A stretch of 62,494 bases of DNA from Planctomycetota bacterium (GTDB taxonomy: Bacteria > Planctomycetota > Phycisphaerae > SM23-33), in contig JAPLNA010000206.1 of assembly GCA_026693065.1 (NCBI GenBank), positions 1 through 62,494 of the forward strand, read 5' to 3'. The notes under the pieces are model-generated. The model did no database searches, was not told the DNA's origin, and was given only the letters and a program-made list of their open reading frames with translations. Position 1 is the first letter of the stretch, and the number at the start of each line of letters is the position of its first letter. Positions 54,416-62,494 of this stretch are shown one piece after another. The translations under genes were made by a program, and so were the position numbers.

Positions 54416-55303
54416 ATGCACCATCGGATGATCCTGGCCGCGGGCGTGTTCGGCGTGATGAGCGTCTTGACAACGGCGGGCGCGCAGGAAACCCAGCCGG
54501 CGCCGGCCTCCTTCCGCTCGGACGTGCGGATGGGCGTGTACGTATACGATGACGACTCCTCCCCCGCCCGCGAGCTCGGGCGGATGCCGGCGGCATCGCC
54601 CATCGAGATCCCCGTCGGGCGGGAGTGGGAGGTGTCCCTTTCGGCCGCCGACTTCGCCGCCGCCAAGGACGCCCTCGTGGCCCAACTGACGGAGTTGGGG
54701 CGGCGGAAGCTCTGTCCGACCGTCGGGCTGACCGACGGGGCCACCGACGCCGACGTCGAGGCCCTGGCCAAGGTCGAGGGCCTGACGGCCCTGGCCGTGG
54801 ACGCCGGAAAGATCACCGACAAGGCCCTGGCCAGGATGGCGACGATGAGCGGGCTTCGCGAGATTCGCCTCACCTGGTGCCGCCGCCTCACGCCCGGCGG
54901 GGTGGCGGCGCTGGGGGCGTTGCCGGCGCTGTCGCGGCTGTCCGTGGACGGCTGCGCGGGGATGAGTAATGACCTGGCGGCGAAGCTACGGGCATTCCCG
55001 GCCCTCAAGAACCTGACGCTCAGCGGCGAGGCGCTGGACGCCCGCTGCCTGGGCGACCTGGGCGAGTTGAAGGCCCTCGAGTCGCTCCATCTGCTCGACG
55101 CCCGATGGCTCAGGGACGAGCACATGGCGAAGATCGCCCAGATGAAGGCCCTGACGGAGTTGAACCTCGCCGGCTGCAACGGACTGCGGGGGCCCGGGCT
55201 GGCCGCCCTGGCCGCCCTGCCCCCATTGAAAACCTTCGCCGGGAGCCGTTGGCGAAATTCCCCTCGCTGCGCCGCCTGCGGCTGTCGGACTGCTCGCGAC
55301 TGA
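54416..55303 (+). CDS. Leucine-rich-repeat protein, N-terminal part (frame A)
   Basis: Signal peptide MHHRMILAAGVFGVMSVLTTAGAQE. LRR units (LTWCRRLTPGGVAAL, LNLAGCNGLRGPGLAAL). LRR periodicity is lost after about 55245, where it continues in another frame. Confidence 0.6.
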   Translation: MHHRMILAAGVFGVMSVLTTAGAQETQPAPASFRSDVRMGVYVYDDDSSPARELGRMPAASPIEIPVGREWEVSLSAADFAAAKDALVAQLTELGRRKLCPTVGLTDGATDADVEALAKVEGLTALAVDAGKITDKALARMATMSGLREIRLTWCRRLTPGGVAALGALPALSRLSVDGCAGMSNDLAAKLRAFPALKNLTLSGEALDARCLGDLGELKALESLHLLDARWLRDEHMAKIAQMKALTELNLAGCNGLRGPGLAALAALPPLKTFAGSRWRNSPRCAACGCRTARD

Positions 55304-57060
55304 CGGAGGCCGGGCTGGCCAGCCTCCAGCGGCTGGGCGCCCTGGAGGAACTTGACCTGGGCAACTTGCCCAGCGCCACCGGGGCAGACGATGGGCTGGC
55401 CTTTCTGAGCGCGATGAACAACCTGAAGAGCCTGAGCCTGTCGAGTCCGTTCGCCCTCGCCGACGCAACGGTCGCCCGGATCGGGCGGTGCGCCGGGCTG
55501 GAGAAACTCTCCCTGCCCTATGCCGGCGGCGACGAGGCCCTGGCGTCTCTGGCGAACCTGGCCCGCCTGAGGGAACTCCGCCTGGACGATTGTCCCAAGG
55601 TCACAGCCAAGGGGATCGGGCACGTGGGCAAGCTGGCCCGGCTCCGGGTGCTGCGCCTCTCGGGGTGCAGACAGTTGAGCGACGAAGGCCTGGCCCCCCT
55701 GGCCGCCCTGACGAACCTGGAAGAACTGGACCTGAGCGGCGCCTCCGCCCTGGCCAAGGATCTGTCCCCCCTGGGCCAACTCACGCGGCTGCGCGTCCTG
55801 GTTCTGGAGAGCTGCGCCGGCTTGACCGACGGGTCGCTGGCGGCCCTGCGCCCGCTGGCGGCGCTGGGAGAGTTGGACATTTCTCGATGTGACGCACTCA
55901 CCGACGCCGCCCTGGCCGACGTGGCGGCGATGTCCGGGCTGCACACCCTACACGTCGGCGGGCCCGAAATCGGCGACGCCGCCTTCGAGAGTATCGCACG
56001 CCTGGGCGCCTTGCAGGTCCTCCGCGCCGACTCCTGCGGCAAGCTGACCGACAAGGGCCTGGCCCGGCTGGCGGGGCTGCGAAACCTCACCTCCCTCCAG
56101 ATCGAAGGCGCCGATTCGATCACCGGAACCGGGCTGGCTCCGCTGGGCGCGGCGAGCCCCCTGCGAACGCTGGACCTGGACAGTAAGGACATCAGCGACG
56201 ACGGGCTCAGCGCCATCGGCGCCCTGGCGGCCCTGCGGTCGCTGCGACTCACCGACTGCCCCCGAGTCACCGACGCCGGGATGGCGGCCCTGGGTAAACT
56301 GGCACGCCTGGAAACCCTTCACCTGCCCGGCGCCGACCAGGTCACCGACGCGGGCCTGGCCCCGCTGGAGGGCCTGGCCGGCTTGGAAACCCTGAGACTC
56401 TCGGGCAAGGGGCTGACGGACAAGGCCCTGGAGTCGATGGCAAAACTGTCCGCCCTGCAGGAGCTGTCGCTTTCGGCCGCCGACAAGATCACCGACGCCG
56501 GGCTCAAGGCCCTCACCCGGTGCAGGGACCTCCAGTCGCTGGACATCCTGGGCAACTCGAGTATCAGCGACGCGGGGGTTTCGGCCCTGGCGACGTTGCC
56601 GCGGCTGAGCTGGCTGACGCTGACGCCCTGCCCGGGCCTGACGGACGCGGGCCTGAGGGCCCTGGCCAAGGCCCCCGCCCTCGCCACGCTCTACCTCGAC
56701 GAAGCCGTCAACGTCACCGACGCCGGCGTCCGCGCCCTCGCCGCCTCGCCCCGGCTGGCCGAGCTTCAATTGGGCCAGTGCCCCGAGATCACCGACGTGT
56801 CGCTGGCGGCCCTGGCGGGCATGCCCTCGCTGACGGCCCTGACGATCAGTTCGGCCGACAAGCTCACCCCCGCCGGCGTGCTGAAACTCGCCGACGCCCC
56901 GGCCTTGAGGGACTTGACGATCACCACCTGCCGCCAGATCGGCGAATCGACGGGGGAGGAACTCCGCCAGAAGGCCCCGCACCTGAACGTGGACGTCGAG
57001 GAGGTCGACGACGAAGACCAGGCCCCCATGCCCCCAACCCTCACCGCCGGGCGGCCCTGA
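55249..57060 (+). CDS. Leucine-rich-repeat protein, C-terminal part (frame B); probably the same gene, displaced by a 1-nt indel
   Basis: About 20 units of the L..L..L..L.L..C..(L/I)TD.GL type continue seamlessly from frame A. The only nearby start is TTG at 55249. Restoring one G in GCCGGGAGCCG would give ...LKTFAGEPLAKFPSLRRLRLSDC. Confidence 0.6.
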   Translation: MAKFPSLRRLRLSDCSRLTEAGLASLQRLGALEELDLGNLPSATGADDGLAFLSAMNNLKSLSLSSPFALADATVARIGRCAGLEKLSLPYAGGDEALASLANLARLRELRLDDCPKVTAKGIGHVGKLARLRVLRLSGCRQLSDEGLAPLAALTNLEELDLSGASALAKDLSPLGQLTRLRVLVLESCAGLTDGSLAALRPLAALGELDISRCDALTDAALADVAAMSGLHTLHVGGPEIGDAAFESIARLGALQVLRADSCGKLTDKGLARLAGLRNLTSLQIEGADSITGTGLAPLGAASPLRTLDLDSKDISDDGLSAIGALAALRSLRLTDCPRVTDAGMAALGKLARLETLHLPGADQVTDAGLAPLEGLAGLETLRLSGKGLTDKALESMAKLSALQELSLSAADKITDAGLKALTRCRDLQSLDILGNSSISDAGVSALATLPRLSWLTLTPCPGLTDAGLRALAKAPALATLYLDEAVNVTDAGVRALAASPRLAELQLGQCPEITDVSLAALAGMPSLTALTISSADKLTPAGVLKLADAPALRDLTITTCRQIGESTGEELRQKAPHLNVDVEEVDDEDQAPMPPTLTAGRP

Positions 57061-57081
57061 CCGCCGCGTCCACGAACGGGC

Positions 57082-57984
57082 TCACTTGACGGTCTTGGAC
57101 AGAAACTCGTTGAACACCCTCTCGATGTTGCCGTAGAAGGTGATATTGTCCCCCCAGGGCGTCGCCCCGCCGGGGGCGAAGATCAGGCCGGCGTTCTTCC
57201 CTTTGTCGTTCGCCGGCGTGACCATTTCCGCGTGGTCGTCCAGATAGGCCACCCCCAGCGAGGTCGGGTGGGTCGTGCGGAAGCCCATCACCGACGCTCC
57301 CGCCGAATCGATCGTCGGTCCGTAGAACGCCTCGGACATCAGGGCCTGGCTTGGCGGGTCCTCCGTCAACGCCGCCGGCCGCCAGTTCTTGTAGTCGGTG
57401 TACGAGATCCCCCCGAACGTCGTCCGGGTGAAATACGTGGAGACCAAAGCCATATACCCCCCGAGGCCCGCCTCGCCCACCCACCCGCCGACCCGCCCCG
57501 CCGACGGGAACGTCCATGCGTCGATCCCGGAGGCCGTCGCGTACTTGCCCGGCAACCACGCCTCCACCTCCCAGCTCGGGCAGTACATCACTCCGAAGCT
57601 GATATACTTCAGGTTGGCCAGAACTCCGTGGGTGCGGTAGTTGCCCTGGGCATACCCGCTCGGGACGGGCTTGGCGATCCACACACATTCCGGGCCCGGC
57701 AGCCCCGACCCGCCATCCACGTTGGGTATGCCGGGGACATACACGCCCGCGTTGATCGCACCGGAGGCGTAGGCCCTCTGGCCCAGGGCCATCTCGTGCA
57801 GATTGCTCGTGCACTGCCCCTGCCTGGCCATCTCCATCACCCCTTTGATCGCCGGGGCCAGGATCCCCACCAGCACCGCGATGATCCCCACGACCACGAG
57901 AAGCTCGATCAGGGTAAAGCCCCCCCGCGACGGCGGGATCGGGTCGGCAGAACGGGCGGCGGGGCGGATTGCTGGATGGTTCAT
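57082..57984 (-). CDS. DUF1559 / prepilin-type N-terminal cleavage-methylation protein (H-X9-DG family)
   Basis: RGGFTLIELLVVVGIIAVLVGILAPAI prepilin motif. The C-terminal HPTSLGVAYLDD fits H-x9-D(G/D). Confidence 0.85.
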   Translation of the reverse strand: MNHPAIRPAARSADPIPPSRGGFTLIELLVVVGIIAVLVGILAPAIKGVMEMARQGQCTSNLHEMALGQRAYASGAINAGVYVPGIPNVDGGSGLPGPECVWIAKPVPSGYAQGNYRTHGVLANLKYISFGVMYCPSWEVEAWLPGKYATASGIDAWTFPSAGRVGGWVGEAGLGGYMALVSTYFTRTTFGGISYTDYKNWRPAALTEDPPSQALMSEAFYGPTIDSAGASVMGFRTTHPTSLGVAYLDDHAEMVTPANDKGKNAGLIFAPGGATPWGDNITFYGNIERVFNEFLSKTVK

Positions 57985-58153
57985 CGTCTTCTCCGTGCCG
58001 AGAGCGGCCTTCGTCCATTAGTATAGTACCGCCTGGCCCGGGGCCCGACAACACAAAAGGCGTGCCCGCCCTCTTGAGAATTCCCCCGTCTCCGGGTACA
58101 AGCAGACGGCCCGGCGACCTTCGTGCCCGCCGGGAACGATTGGCCCCCTGAGG

Positions 58154-59557
58154 ATGTACCCGATGTGCGACAATGCGTTTGGCGCCGTGATCGAGACCGG
58201 TCCGGCCGATTGGCAGATCTTCCAGCAGAACGCCGCCGGCCTCGCCACGATCTCAGCCGCCGGGCGGTGGGTCGTCGACGCCGAGGGCGAGGTCGAGGTC
58301 CGCCTCGTCCGCGAAGACACCGCCACGGCCGTCACCGCCGCCCTCGACTGGCAGAAGGCCCGCATGCTCCCGGGCCGAAGGTGGGAGGCCTCCCTGACGA
58401 ACGTCCCCGCCGGCGGGCTGTATCGCCTCGAGACGCGATTCCGCGCCAAGGGCACCCTCGCCGGCGAGTGGTCCAATCGCGGCGACATGAGGCACTTTCT
58501 GGGCGTGGGCGACCTGTGGATCATCGCCGGGCAGAGCAACTCGGCCGGGTACGGGCGAGGCCCCGTCGCCGACGCCCCCGAGCTGGGCCTCCACATGTTC
58601 CGCCACAGCGAGACCTGGGCCCTGGCCAGCCACCCCATGGCCGAGGCCACCGACACGAAACACCCCGCCAACCGCGAAGGCGGAAATGCCGGCCATTCCC
58701 CCTACCTGCACTTCGCCCGCCTCCTCAAGAACGAGTTGGGCCACCCCATCGGGCTGATCCCGACGGCCCTGGGCGGCTCGCCGCTGTCGGCGTGGAACCC
58801 GGCCCAGACGAACCCCGCCGTCCTGTTCGACACGATGGTCCACACCGCGGCGCTGTGCGGGGGCAAGGTCAAGGGCGTCCTCTGGTATCAGGGCGAGAGC
58901 GACGCCAACAGCGACGCCGACGTCACCACCTACGCCGCCCGCTTCGCCGACGCCGTCGCCGCCTGGCGGAAGGCCCTGGGCGATCCCTCGCTGCCCGTCC
59001 TCACCGTCCAGCTCAACCGCGTCTACTGCTGCAACGCCGAGCCGGGCAACCGCTACTGGACCATCCTCCGCGACGCCCAACGCCGGGCCGCACGCGATAT
59101 CCCCGGCGCGGCCGTCGTGTCCATCTTCGACACCCCGCTGTCCGACGGCATTCACATCAGCCCGGCCGGCAACATGATCATCGGCGAACGGCTGGCGCGG
59201 GCGGCCCTGGGGCTGGCCTGCGGCAAGGCCATCAACTGGCAGTGCCCGGACATCGTCTCGGCCCGGGCCTGGGCCGACGGCAAGGAACTCGCCCTGACGT
59301 TCGCCCCCGTCACCAGCCGGCTCGACAGCATCGCCCAGACGGATAACCCCTTCCTCGTCGAAGACGCCGACGGGCCCGTCGCGGTCGAAAAGCTCACCTA
59401 TCCCGGCGACGCCACCGTCCGCCTTTCCCTCTCCCGCCCGCTCTCGGGCAAGGCCCTCGTGCACGGCGCCTACGGCACCAACCCCGCCGTCGTCCCCATG
59501 GACATGGAGCGATTCGTGCCGATACTGGGGTTCTATGGAGTGTCCGTTGATCTATAA
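58154..59557 (+). CDS. SGNH/DUF303 carbohydrate esterase (sialate O-acetylesterase-like)
   Basis: WIIAGQSNSAGYG (GQSN block), ALGGSPLSAW and VLWYQGESDAN, the characteristic blocks of the sialate 9-O-acetylesterase family. The start is uncertain (58154 or 58163). Confidence 0.75.
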   Translation: MYPMCDNAFGAVIETGPADWQIFQQNAAGLATISAAGRWVVDAEGEVEVRLVREDTATAVTAALDWQKARMLPGRRWEASLTNVPAGGLYRLETRFRAKGTLAGEWSNRGDMRHFLGVGDLWIIAGQSNSAGYGRGPVADAPELGLHMFRHSETWALASHPMAEATDTKHPANREGGNAGHSPYLHFARLLKNELGHPIGLIPTALGGSPLSAWNPAQTNPAVLFDTMVHTAALCGGKVKGVLWYQGESDANSDADVTTYAARFADAVAAWRKALGDPSLPVLTVQLNRVYCCNAEPGNRYWTILRDAQRRAARDIPGAAVVSIFDTPLSDGIHISPAGNMIIGERLARAALGLACGKAINWQCPDIVSARAWADGKELALTFAPVTSRLDSIAQTDNPFLVEDADGPVAVEKLTYPGDATVRLSLSRPLSGKALVHGAYGTNPAVVPMDMERFVPILGFYGVSVDL

Positions 59558-59564
59558 AAGAAGA

Positions 59565-59665
59565 AACCCGGGGGCTCTGCCCCCGAACCCCCGAAGCGGG
59601 CATGGGCATTTCTGCCGGCAGCACCAAAGCGTAAAACTCCGGGGTCTGGGGCAGAGCCCCAGGTT
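59565..59665. repeat. ~100-nt imperfect inverted repeat following the esterase gene
   Basis: AACCCGGGGGCTCTGCCCCCGAACCCC against the reverse complement of GGGGTCTGGGGCAGAGCCCCAGGTT (AACCTGGGGCTCTGCCCCAGACCCC). Confidence 0.6.
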
Positions 59666-59755
59666 CCTATTTCACCCGCGCCGCGTTCTCAAAGAGAAAT
59701 CTGGATCTCACGTTTCTTTCCCCCGATATCACTTGTTGACTAAAGGAACCAAGAA

Positions 59756-61021
59756 ATGGCCAAGAAACCCGCGCAGGCAAAAGAATCCCCCGAGATCGTC
59801 GCCGACCGTCTCCGCCGCATGAAGTGGTGGACCGAGGCCCGCTTCGGCATGTTCGTACACTTCGGGCTGTATTCCCAACTGGGACGGCACGAGTGGGTGA
59901 TGAACCGCGAGCGGATCCCCGTCAAGGAATACGAAAAGCTCGCCCGCACGTTCAACCCCAGGCCCGGGAGTCCGAGGGAGTGGGCACGGCTGGCCAAGAA
60001 GGCCGGCATGAAGTACATGGTGATGACCACCAAGCACCACGAAGGCTTCTGCCTGTGGGACTCCAAGCAGACCGACTACAACGCCGTCAAGCGAGGCCCG
60101 CACCGGGACATCGTGGCCGAGTACGTCGCCGCCTGCCGGGAATTCGGGCTCAAGTGCGGCTTCTATTACTCGCTGATGGACTGGCACCACCCGGACGGGC
60201 ACCGTTGCGTCAAGGACGAGAAGGCCCGGCGGCGGTTCTGCGACTACACCTACGGCCTGGTGCAGGAGCTGATGAGCAACTACGGCAAGATCGACATTCT
60301 CTGGTACGACGTCTCCTGGCCGCTGCAAAGCCCCGAGAAGTGGGAGTCGGCCAAGCTCAACACGATGGCCCGCCGGCTGCAGCCGGATATTCTCATCAAC
60401 GACCGCTCGCAACTACCCGAGGACTTCGGCACGCCCGAAGAGCACATCTCCGCCGCCCAGGCCGGGCGGTCGTGGGAGGCGTGCATGACGTTCAACGGCT
60501 CGTGGGGCTGGCGGCCCACCCCGCCGGAAGACTCGCACTCCGCCCGCAAGGTCGTGACGATGCTCCAGCAGGTCACCTCCGGGCAGGGCAACCTGTTGCT
60601 GAACATCGGCCCCAAGCCCGACGGCTCGGTCCCGCCCGAGGCGATCGAACGCCTGACGACCGTAGGCAAGTGGACGGCCAAGTACGGTGACGTGATCTAC
60701 GGCAAGGTCGATCGCCCCGAGGGCCTCGAGGGCTGGGCCGGGTGCGGCACGTGGACCCGAAAGGGCAAGGACTGCTTCTTCTGGGTCTTCAACTGGCCGG
60801 GCGAAACCCTCGCCATCGGCGGGCTCCGCACGAAGGTCAAGAGCGTCCAGCTCCTGCCCGAGGGCCAGTCCCTGCGTTTCAAGCAGGAGCCGCGGCGGCT
60901 GCTGGTCAAGGGCCTGCCCAAGGCCTGCCCCGACAAGGCCGTCCAGATCCCCATCCTGAAGATCAACTTCGCCGGCAAGGGCCGCCAGGTGCTCAGCGCC
61001 GGCGTCTGCGACGGGTTCTGA
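59756..61021 (+). CDS. Alpha-L-fucosidase, glycoside hydrolase family 29
   Basis: ARFGMFVHFGLYS, KYMVMTTKHHEGFCLWDS, YYSLMDWHHP and ILWYD are GH29 catalytic-domain signatures. Confidence 0.9.
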   Translation: MAKKPAQAKESPEIVADRLRRMKWWTEARFGMFVHFGLYSQLGRHEWVMNRERIPVKEYEKLARTFNPRPGSPREWARLAKKAGMKYMVMTTKHHEGFCLWDSKQTDYNAVKRGPHRDIVAEYVAACREFGLKCGFYYSLMDWHHPDGHRCVKDEKARRRFCDYTYGLVQELMSNYGKIDILWYDVSWPLQSPEKWESAKLNTMARRLQPDILINDRSQLPEDFGTPEEHISAAQAGRSWEACMTFNGSWGWRPTPPEDSHSARKVVTMLQQVTSGQGNLLLNIGPKPDGSVPPEAIERLTTVGKWTAKYGDVIYGKVDRPEGLEGWAGCGTWTRKGKDCFFWVFNWPGETLAIGGLRTKVKSVQLLPEGQSLRFKQEPRRLLVKGLPKACPDKAVQIPILKINFAGKGRQVLSAGVCDGF

Positions 61022-61134
61022 CCCCCGGCCCGGCGCAGGCCGTCAGCAAGAAGGCCACGAACCTGCCTGCCGGCAGGCAGGGGACACGAATGAGGCCTTA
61101 GAGAGAAACCGCGAATAGGGAGGCCCGTGGCACG

Positions 61135-61980
61135 ATGAAGATCGCCGTCAGCAGTTACAGCTACTCCCAGTGTCTGGGGCAGGGCAAGGACCTGTTCTGG
61201 GTGGTGGAGCAGGCCGCCCGGATGGGCTTCGCCGGCATCGAGTTCACCAACCTGCCGGGCGACAAGCCCCGGGACCTTGCCCGGGCCCTGCATGCCGCCG
61301 CCGCGAAGGCCCGGCTCCCGATCGTCAGCTACACGATCGGGGCCGACCTCCTGGGCGACCCCCCCGCCGCCGTCCAGGCCGTCAAGGCCCAACTGGACAT
61401 CGCCGCCGCCCTGGGCGCCCCGGTTCTCCGCCACGACGCGGCCTGGGCCCCGCCCGAGACGTGCCGCGATGAATCAGCCTTCGACGCCGCCTTGCCCACT
61501 CTCGCCGACGCCTGCCGGCGCATCACCGAGTACGCCGCCAGCCTGGGCATCCGCACCTGCGTGGAAAACCACGGCTACTTCGTCCAGCACAGCCTCCGCT
61601 GCCTCAAGCTCGTGCAGGCCGTCGCCCACAAAAACTTCGGCTGGCTGATCGACCTGGGCAACTTCCTCTGCGCCGACGACGATCCCCTGGCGGCCACGCG
61701 CCGCCTGGCCCCCTACGCCGTCCACGTACACGCCAAGGACTTCAAGGTCACCCCCGCCTCCGCCGCCGGCGAGGCCCCCGGGCTGCGGAGCCTGGGCGGG
61801 GCGTTGCTGGCCGGCACGGCCGTCGGCGAGGGCGACGTAAACACCCGCGCCTGCCTGGGGGCCCTCCGGGCCTCTGGATACGAGGGCTTCCTCTCCATCG
61901 AATACGAAGGCGCCTCCGACTGCATCGAAGGCCTCGCCACCGGCCTGCGAAACCTCAACGCCTGGCTGGCCGGGGCCTAA
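61135..61980 (+). CDS. Sugar phosphate isomerase/epimerase (xylose-isomerase-like TIM barrel)
   Basis: GGGAGG RBS. GFAGIEF, VENHG, HVHAKD and SIEYEG are typical AP-endonuclease-2/Xyl-isomerase-like barrel motifs. Confidence 0.8.
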   Translation: MKIAVSSYSYSQCLGQGKDLFWVVEQAARMGFAGIEFTNLPGDKPRDLARALHAAAAKARLPIVSYTIGADLLGDPPAAVQAVKAQLDIAAALGAPVLRHDAAWAPPETCRDESAFDAALPTLADACRRITEYAASLGIRTCVENHGYFVQHSLRCLKLVQAVAHKNFGWLIDLGNFLCADDDPLAATRRLAPYAVHVHAKDFKVTPASAAGEAPGLRSLGGALLAGTAVGEGDVNTRACLGALRASGYEGFLSIEYEGASDCIEGLATGLRNLNAWLAGA

Positions 61981-62000
61981 CCCCGCAAAACGTCGGTGGC

Positions 62001-62036
62001 CCGGGTGCCGTGGTTTGCGGCCCCGCCGCAACCACG
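62001..62036. repeat. Third copy of the REP-like 36-nt unit
   Basis: CCGGGTGCCGTGGTTTGCGGCCCCGCCGCAACCACG. It differs from 21165-21200 only in the central 4 nt. Confidence 0.8.
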
Positions 62037-62226
62037 TCGTACCTTGCGCGGCGGCCGCACGTACGGGAGAGCGGGATCACGCCACAGTGCCCTCGACCAA
62101 AGCCCCAACGGCACCGAGGACCGCCCGATTGGTCGTTGACGAAACCGCCATCCCGTGCGAGAATAGCGACGGATGGATGTTTGTAGCGGGAGCACGTGCC
62201 GACGGATTCGCAGCGGAGGAACGGCG

Positions 62227-62494
62227 ATGGCTGAGAGGTTGTTCACAAAAGAGCAGATTGCGTCTCTGCTGGGTTCGACCCCCTCGGCGGTGGAGGAATG
62301 GATGCGCCGCGGCTGGCTGGAGTACCAGCGCCTGCCCGGCGGGCCCGTGAGAATCCCCGAACGAGGCCTCATCCGTTTCCTCAAGGGGCAGGGCATCGAC
62401 ATCCAGGAGATCCTCGACAAGCTCCTGGCTGACGAATCCGCCCAGACCCGCCAACGCCAGGCCGTAATGGCCTATTCGGGCTCCGCCAACGCCC
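62227..62494 (+). CDS. Helix-turn-helix (excisionase/MerR-like) domain protein, 5' part (runs off the right edge)
   Basis: Hand translation gives MAERLFTKEQIASLLGSTPSAVEEWMRRGWLEYQRLPGGPVRIPERGLIRFLKGQGIDIQEIL.... The T.eq.A..LG.s...v..w...G.l......g..ri pattern is typical of excisionase-family HTH domains. There is no stop before the window end. Confidence 0.55.
   Translation, partial: MAERLFTKEQIASLLGSTPSAVEEWMRRGWLEYQRLPGGPVRIPERGLIRFLKGQGIDIQEILDKLLADESAQTRQRQAVMAYSGSANA

Noticed and set aside
55105-55248. Track start (55105) for the second LRR ORF
   Set aside because: The first 48 codons of that ORF overlap frame-A LRR coding sequence and translate to Arg/Gly/Pro-rich non-LRR sequence. 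Real coding in frame B begins only near 55245.

Overview
High-G+C bacterial window that is densely coding. I infer a Planctomycetota origin from a DUF1559/H-X9-D(G) prepilin-like protein, a giant fused SecDF, an FGE-domain protein, LRR and C25-peptidase proteins, and many glycan-degradation genes; this cannot be verified without a database search. Housekeeping genes I recognise: tRNA-Pro(TGG), HU, PFOR (nifJ), dcd, rpsU, rsfS, argS, cobO-like, secDF and sppA. Glycan-related genes: GH2, GH29 fucosidase, a sialate-O-acetylesterase-like SGNH esterase and a sugar-phosphate isomerase. The most interesting locus is at the left edge (127-9655). It is an operon joined by overlapping stop/start codons and reads ACP, SDR reductase, His-less hotdog protein, Cys-rich radical SAM, membrane-anchored hexapeptide acyltransferase, two ~340-aa radical SAM proteins with Cys-rich C-termini, a second Cys-rich radical SAM, ICMT/PEMT-like membrane methyltransferase, cysteine desulfurase-rhodanese fusion, then a small membrane protein. 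No ketosynthase or acyl-activating enzyme is visible. I read it as an uncharacterised ACP-linked radical lipid-tailoring pathway. Other points: (1) a glycyl radical enzyme with no adjacent activase sits downstream of a GH2 gene. (2) Three URO-D/MtaA-like paralogs are dispersed across the window. (3) A roughly 1-kb low-G+C islet carries dcd plus a small ORF. (4) A C25-peptidase/47-aa-repeat giant protein is split by one in-frame TAG. (5) hicA and an LRR gene each carry a 1-nt homopolymer indel. (6) A 43-aa lipobox peptide would leave a 9-residue His-rich mature part. (7) Several intergenic regions contain repeats or long inverted structures whose arms are built from short reiterated motifs. No rRNA, CRISPR array, transposase or integrase was seen. 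All functional calls rest on motifs read by eye in the supplied translations.
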